NCBI RefSeq assembly: GCF_964355755.1
Contig: NC_092680.1
Location: forward strand, 17,245,045-17,309,044
From: Antedon mediterranea
Lineage: Eukaryota; Animalia; Echinodermata
Direction: 5' to 3'
Length of the DNA: 64,000 nucleotides
The notes beneath the pieces are model-generated. The model searched no databases, was not told the origin of the DNA, and saw only the letters and a program-made list of their open reading frames with translations. The translations under genes and the position numbers were made by a program. How positions within the stretch are numbered: position 1 is the first letter of the stretch; each line of letters begins with the position of its first letter. Positions 53,436 to 64,000 of this stretch are shown in pieces.

Positions 53436-55635
53436 CAGTGGGAAAGCCACTTCGCGTTTTGACCGTTAAATCGTGTAAAATCGACTTACTTCCGCATTGA
53501 CGATTTTGAAGCGCCACCTATCGTTGAAAACTGAAACCACGATTTTTCGTCGCCTAGCAAATAAGTGCTGTTTTATTTTAAGCTCTCATGAATATTTAAG
53601 AACCGCCCAACATTACCTATTATGGTAAAAGCATTTCCTAATAAGTATAATTGAATAACCAATCGGTTTCTTTCAAAGAAACCGAAGCTAATACAATACA
53701 TTCGGCGACTGAAGTCGGGACTCGTGAAATTTATAAATGTGGTACGATTTGACTACTGTGTTGTTGTCCATTTTCTGAATAGTCGGAGGTGCATCCCAAC
53801 AAATTAAAACAATTATAATCAATTGTTTTATCAAGAATAATATTAGTTTAATCGAGTATGATATATTTCTATCCTGTTCAAAATTTGTTGGTGTATTCTC
53901 AGGCCTCGAAAGGTAGGTACATTTTCTAGCTGTGAGCGTGGTTTCGGCAACGCGAGACACGTGTGTCAGTATAGGCGATAGCGAGACGTGTGTTGTACCA
54001 TGGATTAAAGAATAGAATTCTTTAATCCATGGTTGTACTGTGTTGATGCTGATCCGATAGTCGTTAAGTTGTACTGATTACGAGTATCATTGGTCCTGGC
54101 CGGCCTAGCCTGGTGATCTGATCCCCCCCAAAAAATACTTTTTTTCAATCAGTATTAATATATTATTTGATTTATTAGGCTCAATAGATGCCTAGCTAGG
54201 CTACTAGTAGGCCTAGGCCTAGATTATAAATAATAATAGTAAATACTGTAATTTAATTAATAAAATACAGCTTCCATTTGCCTTACTTTTATGTCATCAT
54301 ATAATATATTATAATTATATATACAACCAGACATTAAAATTTTTTAAAATAATATTTATTATTTTTTCTGACACTTTCAGGAATCGTTGATGATGCAGAG
54401 TTCTTTTTCTTTGTGACTTCAAACTGAGAGTGAAGTGGATAAAAAGATGACACTGTCATACCCAAACTATAATTTAATTATTTAAAACAAAATGTTGAAT
54501 TACAAAAATGTATGTTGCAGAGGATTTAGATGAATATTACAATACAAATATTTATGTTGAATGCAAACCTACTACACTATACTCTGTAAATTATGTTATT
54601 GTCATGTGGTAGACCTTAAAAATTGAATATTTATTGTATGTTAGGGCTATTTTATATTTTATTATTATTAATACTGAATTAGTTTAATATTTATACTACA
54701 ATGTATTAATTTATATTATAGTATACAGTACTACTACTACTAGTTTGTACATGTTTTTACCCAAAAAAAATGAATAAATAATTTGTTATTCAATCTAATT
54801 GCTTGTTTGTTCATCAATAGCAAAACAATTGTAAGCAAGTATATAACAGTTCTTGTTAGCCGCTTATTTCAGGTCATATTATTAGTATTAGCTAGGCCCG
54901 ACGCGCCCGATCACAACGTCACTAAGTGACTTTCCGCCCCTGGAACCATCGCTCGCTAATAGGGCTAGGCCTCGGACTCGTATAAAAGCTATTATAATAG
55001 TTATGATAAATATTCCTCAACTAAAATGTATACTGTGATAAATAAACAAGTAATAATATACGTTGTATTGGAATGTATTTATTTATATGAATTCTTATAT
55101 GCGGACAATTATAAACATCGCGTATATCGTTCGCTATAAATAAATTCATAAACACGATGACGATGAGTTTACAAAATGGCGGTTTCGCTAGTTTTCGATG
55201 GAACAAATAGTGGTACCTTTAGTTTGAATAGTCGGAGCTGCATCCCAACCACCGAATTTTGTATCTTAATATCGTATTCTGTAGATTATTAATTTTTCTA
55301 ACAGGGATTTTAAATTCAGGACTGTTCAATTTTTCTAAACATTTTATTTTAATGATTTTCTAGGGTACAATTTCGGAAAAAAGACATTGGTTGATTTTGC
55401 CGTTAAATTACAGATTATCGTTTTGTTCAAATACATTTAATTTTACATGAGAATATATTAAAACCATTTATGAATTTATTTCACTAACAATATTTTTCCG
55501 ATAATCAGCTAAATTTACAAATATTGTGTTTTTCCAACACCCTAAAATTGAGCAATTTTCAACTAAATTAGAAAAGTAGGGCGCCCTCTCCGAGTCGAAA
55601 TTTGACACGATTTGTCGACTGGCTGTCCCACACTG
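53436..55635. mobile_element. 2.2-kb non-autonomous DNA transposon nested in Gypsy gag
   Basis: AATA|CAGTGGGAAAGCCA ... TGGCTGTCCCACACTG|AATA; imperfect bipartite TIRs; removing it restores the gag-pol frame; no coding ORF. Confidence 0.85.
53999..54031. mobile_element. 33-bp hairpin with 7-bp TSD (P-element-like remnant)
   Basis: GTTGTAC | CATGGATTAAAGAAT-aga-ATTCTTTAATCCATG | GTTGTAC. Confidence 0.75.
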
Positions 55636-55639
55636 AATA

Positions 55640-58600
55640 GGTAAAGCTGAACTACCATTACCTGTTGAGCAGATACGAAAGAGTAATTACAAACCTAAAC
55701 AACAGCCAGCAAAATACAAATCCAGTGAGTACTGTTTTCGTTGTGGTTCGAAATCGCACAAAGCAAATGATGTCAAATGCAAGGCAAAGAAAGCTAAATG
55801 CAATAAATGCCGTAAGATAGGACATTTTGCTAGTGTTTGCAGAAGTGTTGAAATTGAAAATATTGATGAAACCATGTCTGTTAATGTGATGGTTAACAGA
55901 AAATTACGCACTGACGTATTGATAGGTCATTCAGCAAAAGTGAACATGACCATAGATACTGGTTCACCAGTTACAATTCTACCCAAAAGAATCTATAATC
56001 GATATTTTGTCAACGAAGCTCTACAAAAGGCGTCAATCAAACTGATGACCTACTCCAAGGAACCGATACATGTGCATGGATTTGTGAATTTACCAGTTAC
56101 CCTTGCCAGTGAGCCAGAGAATAAAGTGCACGCGAAGATTTACATTGTAGAAAAAGGATCGCCTATTCTCGGGATGGACTTGATTAGCAACCTAAATATT
56201 AACATTGTGAAAGGACAAATTGCTTACGTCCAAGTTGCTAAAGATATTACTACAATTGATGATGCTGAATACAAGCAAGAACTGAAAAAGAACTATCCAA
56301 GATTGTTCAATGGGAATGTGGGGCTCGCGAAGGATTTCGTACATAAAGTTATGGTCCGCGAACACTGTACACCGAAAATTCAGAAATTACGAAGCTTACC
56401 ATTTACGGTAAGAGACAAAGTTGCTAAAGAACTTGATAGGTTAGAAAGCCAAGGAATTATAGAGAAAATTAATGCAAGTCCTTGGGTAAGTCCTATTGTC
56501 GTAGTAGGTAAAAAATCCGGTGATGTACGTATTTGTATAGATTTAAGAGAAGTTAACAAAGAACTTGTAGTAGACCAATTTCCTTTACCTGATATTTCAG
56601 AATTATTCAATTCATTGCATGGTGCTACTGTATTTTCTACGTTAGATCTTAGATCTGCGTACCATCAATTGACATTACATAAAGAAAGTAGGGATTTAAC
56701 TGCTTTTATTACGCATCAAGGCCTTTACCGTTATAAGAGAGTATGTTTTGGTCTTGCTTCCGCACCATCTGCATTTCAGAAAACAATGAGTTCAATCCTA
56801 ATGAATGCAAAGGGGGTACGTTGCTATCTTGACGATATTGTTGTCTTTGGTAAAGATGAACATGAACATGCTATTAATATGGAAAATGTTCTAAGTAAAA
56901 TACAAAAGGCAGGGTTAACGCTAAACCTTGATAAATGCAAATTTAGAGTGAAACAAATTTCATACTTAGGTCATACAATTTCGGCTTCAGGACTTCAACC
57001 TGATAATGACCATGTAAAAGCCATAATCGAGGCAAAAATTCCAAACAACATCTCTGAATTGAGAACTGCTTTGGGAATGTTTGGATACTATGCAAAATTT
57101 GTACCAAATTATGCGACTACATCAGAACCATTAAGGTATTTGCTAAGGAAAGAAAATGCGTTTGTGTGGGGTACTGAACAACAAGCCGCATTTGATAAAT
57201 TAAAGAATAGTATTGCTAAAAGTACTGCATTGAATTTGTTTGATCCCAAATTACCAGTGATTGTTACCACTGATAGTTCAGATTACGGAATAGGCGGTGT
57301 GCTAAGTCAAATTAAGGATAACATTGAAATTCCTATTGCATTTACATCCCGTACATTAACAAGTGCAGAGCGTAATTATTCAACGGGAGAGAAAGAAGCA
57401 TTAGCTTGTGTATATGCTTGTAAAAAATGGTTTAATTACTTATGGGGTAACAAATTTACATTACGTACTGACCACAAGGCTAATTTAAAATTGCTAAGTT
57501 CATGTGCTACAGGTCATAAAACCATGCGAATTGCTAGATGGGCAGAGTGGCTACTTAATTTAGATTATGTGATTGAATATGTTACAGGGCAAAATAATTC
57601 TGTTGCCGATGCTTTAAGTAGACTCCCCATAACAGAAAATAATCCTTCTGTTGATAATAGTGATGAATATGTATTAAGTTATATATTGGATGCTAACACT
57701 TGCATTACAAAACAAGAGTTAATTAAGGAGACAAATACTGATCATGTGTCAACATTACTTAAGAAGTATATTACAACTGCATGGCCAAGTAAGAAAATGT
57801 TAAATGAAGAATTAAATCCTTACTACCTTGTAAAAGATGAATTGTGTTTAAATGATGATTTAATTATGAGGGGGGAGAGACTGGTAATCCCAAAATCATT
57901 GCAATGTAAAATAATTGATGAAGCACATACTGCACATCAAGGTATTGTACGAACTAAAAACAGGATTAGAGAACTATACTGGTTTCCTGCTATAGATCGT
58001 AAAGTAGAAGATAAAATTAAGAATTGTGAACCGTGTCAAAATAGTGATAAGACGGCTAAAACTTACAATGCGCCATTACAACCAATTGCGTTACCAGAAC
58101 ATGCATGGCAAAAAGTTGCTATTGATATAATAGGCCCATTTGAAAAGGGACCTAGAAAGTGTAGATATGCTATTGTGTTAGTTGACTATTTCAGTAAATG
58201 GCCAGAAGTTTCTTTTACTAATGATATTACATCTACATTTGTATGTAATTTTCTCGATCAGATATTTGCAAGAGAAGGATTACCAAATGAGTTGGTATCC
58301 GATAATGGGAAACAATTTGTATCCATAGAGTTTGAAAATTATTTAAAGGAGAGAGGTATTAAACACATTAGAACATCATTGTACTATCCTAAAAGTAATG
58401 GATTAGTTGAAAGAATGAATAGAACAATTAAACATACCATTCAAATGGCCAATGAAAATAATAAGAATTGGAATGAGGCCATGTTAGAATTTCTTATGAT
58501 CTATCGATCTACACCTCATGCTGTTACAGGCATATCTCCTGCAGAATTATTACATAAGCGTAAATTAATTACTACACTAAATGTAAGACCTACAGATGGT

Positions 58601-58969
58601 TACCAAAATGGAATTAAACATACTGAGGTAAAGGAACGAGTTAAAAAGTTCCAAATTAAAAGTAAGAAGTATTACGATGATAAGAAAAATGTGAGAAAAC
58701 CACAATTTAAAGTGGGAGATTCAGTACGAATTAAGAATCCGAGACATGTTGATAAATCAAGTAATAAGTTCTATACTGGAGGAAAAATTAAAAGAATTGT
58801 TAGTAATGCTACATATGAGCTAGATGATGGAAAGATCTGGAATGCTAAATACCTAACAAATGATCTAACCACACAGAAACAGAAAGATACTGTTGTACAT
58901 ACATTTGATAAAGATAGACCTAGACGTGAAGTTTATAAACCACGTTGGTTAATTGATTACACTCCCTAA
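55640..58969 (+). CDS. Gypsy gag C-terminus (two Zn knuckles) plus pol (protease, RT, RNase H, integrase)
   Basis: Open frame from 55640: CFRCGSKSH..C and CNKCRKIGHFASVC; protease IDTGS; RT LDLRSAYHQ, FGLASAP, YLDD; RNase H TDSSDYGIGGVL, YSTGEKEALA; integrase H-x3-H..CEPC, IDIIGP, SDNGKQF, NGLVERMN. No env or chromodomain seen. Confidence 0.95.
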   Translation, partial: GKAELPLPVEQIRKSNYKPKQQPAKYKSSEYCFRCGSKSHKANDVKCKAKKAKCNKCRKIGHFASVCRSVEIENIDETMSVNVMVNRKLRTDVLIGHSAKVNMTIDTGSPVTILPKRIYNRYFVNEALQKASIKLMTYSKEPIHVHGFVNLPVTLASEPENKVHAKIYIVEKGSPILGMDLISNLNINIVKGQIAYVQVAKDITTIDDAEYKQELKKNYPRLFNGNVGLAKDFVHKVMVREHCTPKIQKLRSLPFTVRDKVAKELDRLESQGIIEKINASPWVSPIVVVGKKSGDVRICIDLREVNKELVVDQFPLPDISELFNSLHGATVFSTLDLRSAYHQLTLHKESRDLTAFITHQGLYRYKRVCFGLASAPSAFQKTMSSILMNAKGVRCYLDDIVVFGKDEHEHAINMENVLSKIQKAGLTLNLDKCKFRVKQISYLGHTISASGLQPDNDHVKAIIEAKIPNNISELRTALGMFGYYAKFVPNYATTSEPLRYLLRKENAFVWGTEQQAAFDKLKNSIAKSTALNLFDPKLPVIVTTDSSDYGIGGVLSQIKDNIEIPIAFTSRTLTSAERNYSTGEKEALACVYACKKWFNYLWGNKFTLRTDHKANLKLLSSCATGHKTMRIARWAEWLLNLDYVIEYVTGQNNSVADALSRLPITENNPSVDNSDEYVLSYILDANTCITKQELIKETNTDHVSTLLKKYITTAWPSKKMLNEELNPYYLVKDELCLNDDLIMRGERLVIPKSLQCKIIDEAHTAHQGIVRTKNRIRELYWFPAIDRKVEDKIKNCEPCQNSDKTAKTYNAPLQPIALPEHAWQKVAIDIIGPFEKGPRKCRYAIVLVDYFSKWPEVSFTNDITSTFVCNFLDQIFAREGLPNELVSDNGKQFVSIEFENYLKERGIKHIRTSLYYPKSNGLVERMNRTIKHTIQMANENNKNWNEAMLEFLMIYRSTPHAVTGISPAELLHKRKLITTLNVRPTDGYQNGIKHTEVKERVKKFQIKSKKYYDDKKNVRKPQFKVGDSVRIKNPRHVDKSSNKFYTGGKIKRIVSNATYELDDGKIWNAKYLTNDLTTQKQKDTVVHTFDKDRPRREVYKPRWLIDYTP

Positions 58970-58999
58970 ATGTAACATGTGAAATTAGGAGGGGAGAGA

Positions 59000-59259
59000 T
59001 GTTATGTCTAGCTATGGTGCCAGTAGGCAAGATGATACATTTGTTTATCAGTATACACTTCCTATGTTATCAGTTGGTTTACAAATACCACCTGTAACTA
59101 TACCAATTTGTATGAGTCATATAGATAGTAGAATTGTGAATAAAAGAGTTGTTAAAAAGTAGTCGAAGTGAATGCATCTATCTTTGAGTCAGCTTTACAA
59201 TACTTTACATTATATTACAATACATTACTACTGTACAAAGGTACTGGGGGTATATAACA
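59000..59259 (+). repeat. 3' LTR
   Basis: Preceded by the polypurine tract AGGAGGGGAGAGA and followed by the TSD GCTTA. Confidence 0.95.
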
Positions 59260-60169
59260 GCTTACTTAGCTTTTGAAGGTGGTCACTATCGGCATCTTTA
59301 CAAATGTTTTTGTTCCCAATTTTATGACATCGAGGAACACACAATGGCGTTCCTCGGAACCCGAATGTTAGAATTTGTGACGTAATACGGGTGTCAATGC
59401 TCTGTTTGGAGTAGGCGGCCTACTCTCAGCTCTAGCTTGGGTTCGAATCTTTACGGAATTTTTTTTAATGGAAAAGAAAGTGTTTAGAGTTCAGTTAATT
59501 TAGGACATAGGTAAGGCGATTCCCACCGTCAAAACAATGTATAGTAAATTGTCATGATGCAAACACACTAATCGTGCTATCTACTATAGTAGGCCTATAT
59601 ATAGTATTATAGTACTGTATTATTATAGTATACTATTATAATAGGGGATGCCTCTTGCCATCGTAGGCATGTTGCGTGGGGTGCGTCCAAAATTATTGAC
59701 ACTTATGTGTGGGAGGTGCGGGTGCAGAATGCGCTACCCCTGATAACTAACAATAAATAACAAAGTAGGTCTAGTTGGAAATTAAATTGTTTTAAACGTA
59801 AAAAAGGGGGAAATTTAAAATTCATGCAGCCAGCACCAAACCACTGAAAAAAGGAGACGCCTTCGGTGTACGTGACGCACCAGATGAAGCGGATACCAAT
59901 ACAAAAATGACAATCAGTACAGTTTAACATCCCCTTCAATGTCGATCCATACTCATCATGACATACTGCAGTGTCAATCGTCAGAGAGGAGGCCAGGATA
60001 TTAATTATTATGTCTTATATTATAGGGCTAATTGACGCACACGATACGGTGTTAATTCGTCCACATGTCCGTTACAGTGTCCCGTCCGGATGTACATTAA
60101 ATGTATCCACCAGCGTCAGTTCTACCATGTTTATTCCCCCCCCCCCCCCACTATAATGTTTATTTAGGT

Positions 60170-60190
60170 CATGGAGTTACTTACTCCATG
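60170..60190. mobile_element. 21-bp hairpin with 7-bp TSD (P-element-like remnant)
   Basis: TTTAGGT | CATGGAGT-tactt-ACTCCATG | TTTAGGT. Confidence 0.7.
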
Positions 60191-60278
60191 TTTAGGTGCT
60201 ATAGATTACTTCCATCGGCTAGTAGGAGTGAGCGAGTTGGCCTCCTGAATCCATTCCGATATTAATGGCTCGTCAGGT

Positions 60279-60298
60279 CATGGAGGTATACCTCCATG
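60279..60298. mobile_element. 20-bp perfect palindrome with 7-bp TSD (P-element-like remnant)
   Basis: GTCAGGT | CATGGAGGTATACCTCCATG | GTCAGGT. Confidence 0.7.
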
Positions 60299-61242
60299 GT
60301 CAGGTACGGTAAGGCATCTTGGTCATTTGATGCGCGTAAGCCTACTTTACATCTTATTTTGAATGTGTATTGGATGCTTTAATGATGTTCGGACAATTTA
60401 ATTAAGCATGTCCGATAATTTATATTATTTGTAGACTCACACAAACCAGCATTCAATGGACAGTAAAAATGTAATTCAAAGACTTAGAGAAAATTATGTT
60501 ACCATATATACAAGGAAACTTTGTATATTTTCAAGTTTTAACAATTAATAGATATATAAATAAAGACATTATTGTTCCTCCGAAAAAGTAATTTGTTTAA
60601 AATGTATATGTTGAATATAACCAATTCAATGTCACATAGTTTTACACAAAAATTAGATTAAAAATACATGAAAAACTGTAATTTAAAGGTAAAAAAAGTC
60701 AATTTGACTGTTTAATTTATAAATGAAAGCATTTTTTTTTTCGCTTTAAAGTGATTACAAAGATAACCAATTCAAAGTCGGTCAATTATTAATATTATTA
60801 GTCCGATGATCTTCATTCTTCATGTTTTTAGGAGACAAAATAATACATCTTGAATGACCCGTTTTTATGTTCCGGTTTCTACAGGATCCTCATCATCGCA
60901 TTTAAAAATATTTTTTTATTTTACTTCGATGAAATGAAATGTGAATTATTTCGAAATAGGAAAAAACCGAGCAGCCTATTCTTTTCTTTACAGTTACTAT
61001 CAGTAAATCTTAATAACATAGAGGGCGGACTTCTAAAATATGTCGATATCAGAAGCGATTTTGATTTAAAGCTCATGCCAGAAAACTTGTTTTCAATGAT
61101 GTTTTAATAACAATATTTTACTCAAAGCTTACGAATGTTATCTTATGCGAACGAACATTTAAACGTGTCCATGAATGATGTTTTATATTCTGATAAACCA
61201 GAATAGCAATGTTGTTTAAAGGATACAACATGCACGTCATAC

Positions 61243-61271
61243 CAGAGAGATGTAACATTTACATCTCCCGG
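61243..61271. mobile_element. 29-bp imperfect hairpin with 7-bp TSD (P-element-like remnant)
   Basis: GTCATAC | CAGAGAGATGTAA-cat-TTACATCTCCCGG | GTCATAC. Confidence 0.6.
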
Positions 61272-61639
61272 GTCATACCGGCCATGTTCATACTAAAGTA
61301 AAAGCATATTTTGTAAATATTCATGATATTAGTTAATTAATTTACAGGGTTAATGTTATGTGTATTAAATTCTTGCAACTTGTGTTTTTCAGTAAAACTA
61401 ATAATGATAAAAGTAAACTTTAACTAATTAAATATACAAAAGCGATCAGAACAAAGACCATCTTTTGTCTTTTGACCCAGTCGAGTCATATTTCACATGG
61501 TAGAGAGACTTGCTGACTCAGATTAAAAGAAAAAAAAATAGTAGAAAATGTATAATTATTTCATATTAAGCTAGCAATAACATAGTCATATACGATTACT
61601 ATAATTTAAAAAAAGGAAAAATCATGTTCCTTTGTTTTT

Positions 61640-61740
61640 TGATGCGATGCGCGTTGAGTTCGTCATCAGTGTCGCGAACTCTCAATTCCGTGTTGTGACG
61701 TCACTGTACAATACAGTAATCGCCATCTTGCGTCAAACAA
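61640..61740. promoter_or_regulatory. Probable CDC34/UBE2R2 promoter
   Basis: Perfect CRE TGACGTCA at 61696-61703, YY1-like CGCCATCTTG at 61721 and TCGCGA, ~200 nt upstream of the ATG. Confidence 0.5.
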
Positions 61741-61904
61741 AAACAGTGAACTGGACGAACTGGTCGAGAGCGAGGAGAGTTAGTAGAAACCTGTCATAAA
61801 TTGAATCGTTTTATATTTTCCATTTCCAGTTTTATTCAATTTTTAAGTAAAGACGAAAACCACCTTACTATTATTGTTTTTAGGAGTTGTTTTAACGTCC
61901 ATTG

Positions 61905-62078
61905 ATGGCGACGACAAGCGCTAGCGCTTTACGAGCGCTAAGCCTCGAGTACAGGAAACTGCAAGAGGAACCAGTGGAAGGTTTCAACGTGAAATTAGCC
62001 GATGAGAGCAACCTTTTTATATGGAATGTGGTCATCTTTGGACCCCCAGAAACACTGTACGAGGGTGGCTATTTCAAG
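61905..62078 (+). CDS. UBE2R2: Ubiquitin-conjugating enzyme E2 R (CDC34/UBE2R2), first coding exon; gene continues beyond the window
   Basis: MATTSASALRALSLEYRKLQEEPVEGFNVKLADESNLFIWNVVIFGPPETLYEGGYFK followed by donor AAG|GTAAAG; matches the CDC34-family N-terminus (LQEEPVEGF..IFGPPxTxYEGGYFK). Confidence 0.9.
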
Positions 62079-62663
62079 GTAAAGTTGAAAGCTAACAACC
62101 GAACGAAGAGAACGAATATGTGGTTGAATAAGCCGACCCTTTCTTTTGTTATCAAAATAGAATAATCTGTTTGATCTAATCTAACTAATGTTTGATGATT
62201 CATCATGCTTTTGTTTTGTCAGTTGTTTGTGTTTTATTTATTTTTTATGAAGACTCGTCGTGTATGAATTTACATGAAGATCTTTTAGTTTTTACTAAAA
62301 AACAGAGTCCAGATTTATTATTCAATCATATGTTATTTTTGGTATATTTGCTTGTGGTGTTGTTATATTTTTTAATTGCAACAATATTATTTCATTATTT
62401 TTAATTTTATTATTATTAAATACAATTTTAAATTTATTGGACAGTCTACGATCATAACTTTCATCAAAGGTGGTAAAATATTCTTATTGAAAAGTTACTT
62501 ACCTTACAAGTAAATTCTTTGTAGAAATATCGTGTCTTTTTTTATTCCGATGCAATTGCACTTTGAACCACACCCAACCCCAATGAACCACACCCAATCC
62601 AATGAACCACACCCAATCCAATGAACCAGGTCCGACGAATTGCCCCAATGAACCAGGTAGCCG

Positions 62664-63655
62664 ATCACTCCGGCCGCGCTTCACTCCGGCCGCCGTATCA
62701 GTTTAGCGCGATGTTATGCACTCCGGCCGCTATTCAATTCGACTTCCTGTGCAAAGGGGCTGTTAGTATGGAGCGCCCATATCTACGTTTTCTATACTGT
62801 TCAGTGTTATAACAAATTCTTGGTGAATTTAAATGGAACTAGTTGAATATTTATTATCAACAATTTTACTTTTTTCATTAACAATAACATTCAAAGAAGT
62901 TGGAACTGCTTTTTCTTTCAAACTAAACTTAACTTAATTAAATTCAATAATAAAATAATAATCAAATGCCCGTCTAATTATTGCTTGAATAACAATATTT
63001 AATTTCTTTCTATGTACATTTATTTTTATAGCTTTACATTTATTAACATTAAAAATTAGTTAAAACCCTTATAACACTTTATCGACTTGCCAGTACCCAT
63101 ACTTACTAATTATAGTTAATAACAATATGTAAAATATTAATTAATTTATTTCAAATAATCAATTATTATTGATGTTTGTTATAGTTAATAACAATATTTT
63201 CAATATTAATTAATTTATTTCAAATAATCAAGTATCCGTCTAATTAATGTTATTACCTGGAATTGTATCAAGAATTAATATATCATTTTTGTACAGTCCA
63301 ATTTACAATGATTTTATATTTTAATTTATATATGATAAAAATAATATGACATATAGGGTACATTGCAATAAATTACATTAATTAATCACATTACAATTAA
63401 TATACTAGCCTATTACATTGGATAAAACACATAAATTATTTTGTTTTAGCATTAGACCTAATTTAAAACACTTGCGATGTTGTTGTGATCCTGAAAGAGA
63501 AAAAATATACTGTATGATTACAAATGTTTATTTTGATTCTCTACAAAAAACGTGTCTCAGTTGTAAAAGACTCATTGGGCGCTCCATAGCTGCGGCCGGA
63601 ATGAATCGCGGCCGGATTGAAGCGCGGCCGGAGTGAAGCGCGGCCGGAGTGATCT
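62664..63655. mobile_element. ~1-kb foldback-type element with GATCACTCCGGCCGCGCTTCACTCCGGCCGC terminal arrays
   Basis: Inverted arrays of (T/C)CCGGCCGC at both ends and an AT-rich interior; flanked on both sides by CCAATGAACCA-containing direct repeats. Confidence 0.7.
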
Positions 63656-64000
63656 GTATTCATGAACCACACCCAATCCAATGAACCAGGTCCGACGAAT
63701 TGCCCCAATGAACCACATCATATGAGGAGTATGTTGACTTTACGTGCTAACGATGATCACCCAAAGGAGATTGAGTATCCAGCTTCTCTCTCGGGCTCTA
63801 GCCTTAAAAAACAAAGAATAAAACTTATCTCTAGGAAAATTATGAGAAAAGACGATGCAATGAGTAAAGCCATGGGTTTTGTGTGGTTTAAAGAAATGAA
63901 AATGTACCATCATGCCTGAATACCATGGATAAAGAATACATTTTATGACTTTTCATCAGATTTGTTTATTTAAGCATGGCTTCCTAAATGCAAAGTAAAT

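Larger units (their letters stand above)
52589..59259 (+). mobile_element. Full-length Ty3/Gypsy LTR retrotransposon (Mag-like), interrupted in gag
   Basis: LTRs 52589-52848 and 59000-59259 (TGTTA..TAACA, 260 bp, identical by eye); 5-bp TSD GCTTA; PBS at 52852; PPT at 58987-58999; domain order PR-RT-RH-INT. Confidence 0.97.

Noticed and set aside
53434-53475. TACAGTG as a V(D)J RSS heptamer / ProtoRAG element
   Set aside because: No CAC start, no ACAAAAACC nonamer at 12 or 23 bp, and no RAG1/RAG2-like ORF; only the end asymmetry is retained as a finding.
53436-55873. Separate gag and pol ORFs joined by frameshift or long spacer
   Set aside because: The gap is a secondary insertion with a TSD; its removal yields one continuous ORF.

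Overview
AT-rich, intron-containing animal (invertebrate-like) genomic DNA, not prokaryotic. It holds three host genes. GBA2 (non-lysosomal glucosylceramidase, + strand, 15 coding exons, 1462-16806, ~867 aa) and PTPN9/PTP-MEG2 (Sec14/CRAL-TRIO plus PTP domain, - strand, 10 coding exons, 51765-25939, ~718 aa, one GC-AG intron) are convergent. The first coding exon of CDC34/UBE2R2 (61905-62078, +) lies head-to-head with PTPN9. Between those two promoters is a full-length, very young Ty3/Gypsy (Mag-like) retrotransposon (52589-59259; 260-bp LTRs identical by eye, GCTTA TSD, tRNA-Ser PBS). Its single gag-pol ORF is interrupted by a 2.2-kb non-autonomous DNA transposon. Introns and 3' regions are dense in MITEs (Harbinger-, Mariner-, Kolobok-, hAT- and Academ-like), two SINE families, an L2 3' end and minisatellites. 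The most notable unexplained pattern is five 20-40-bp hairpins with CA.. termini, each flanked by a perfect 7-bp direct repeat; these fit P-element excision footprints or minimal P MITEs from several families. Also notable are three minisatellites that appear to have grown out of MITEs. All exon boundaries and alignments were derived by eye; superfamily assignments rest on termini/TSD rules only.
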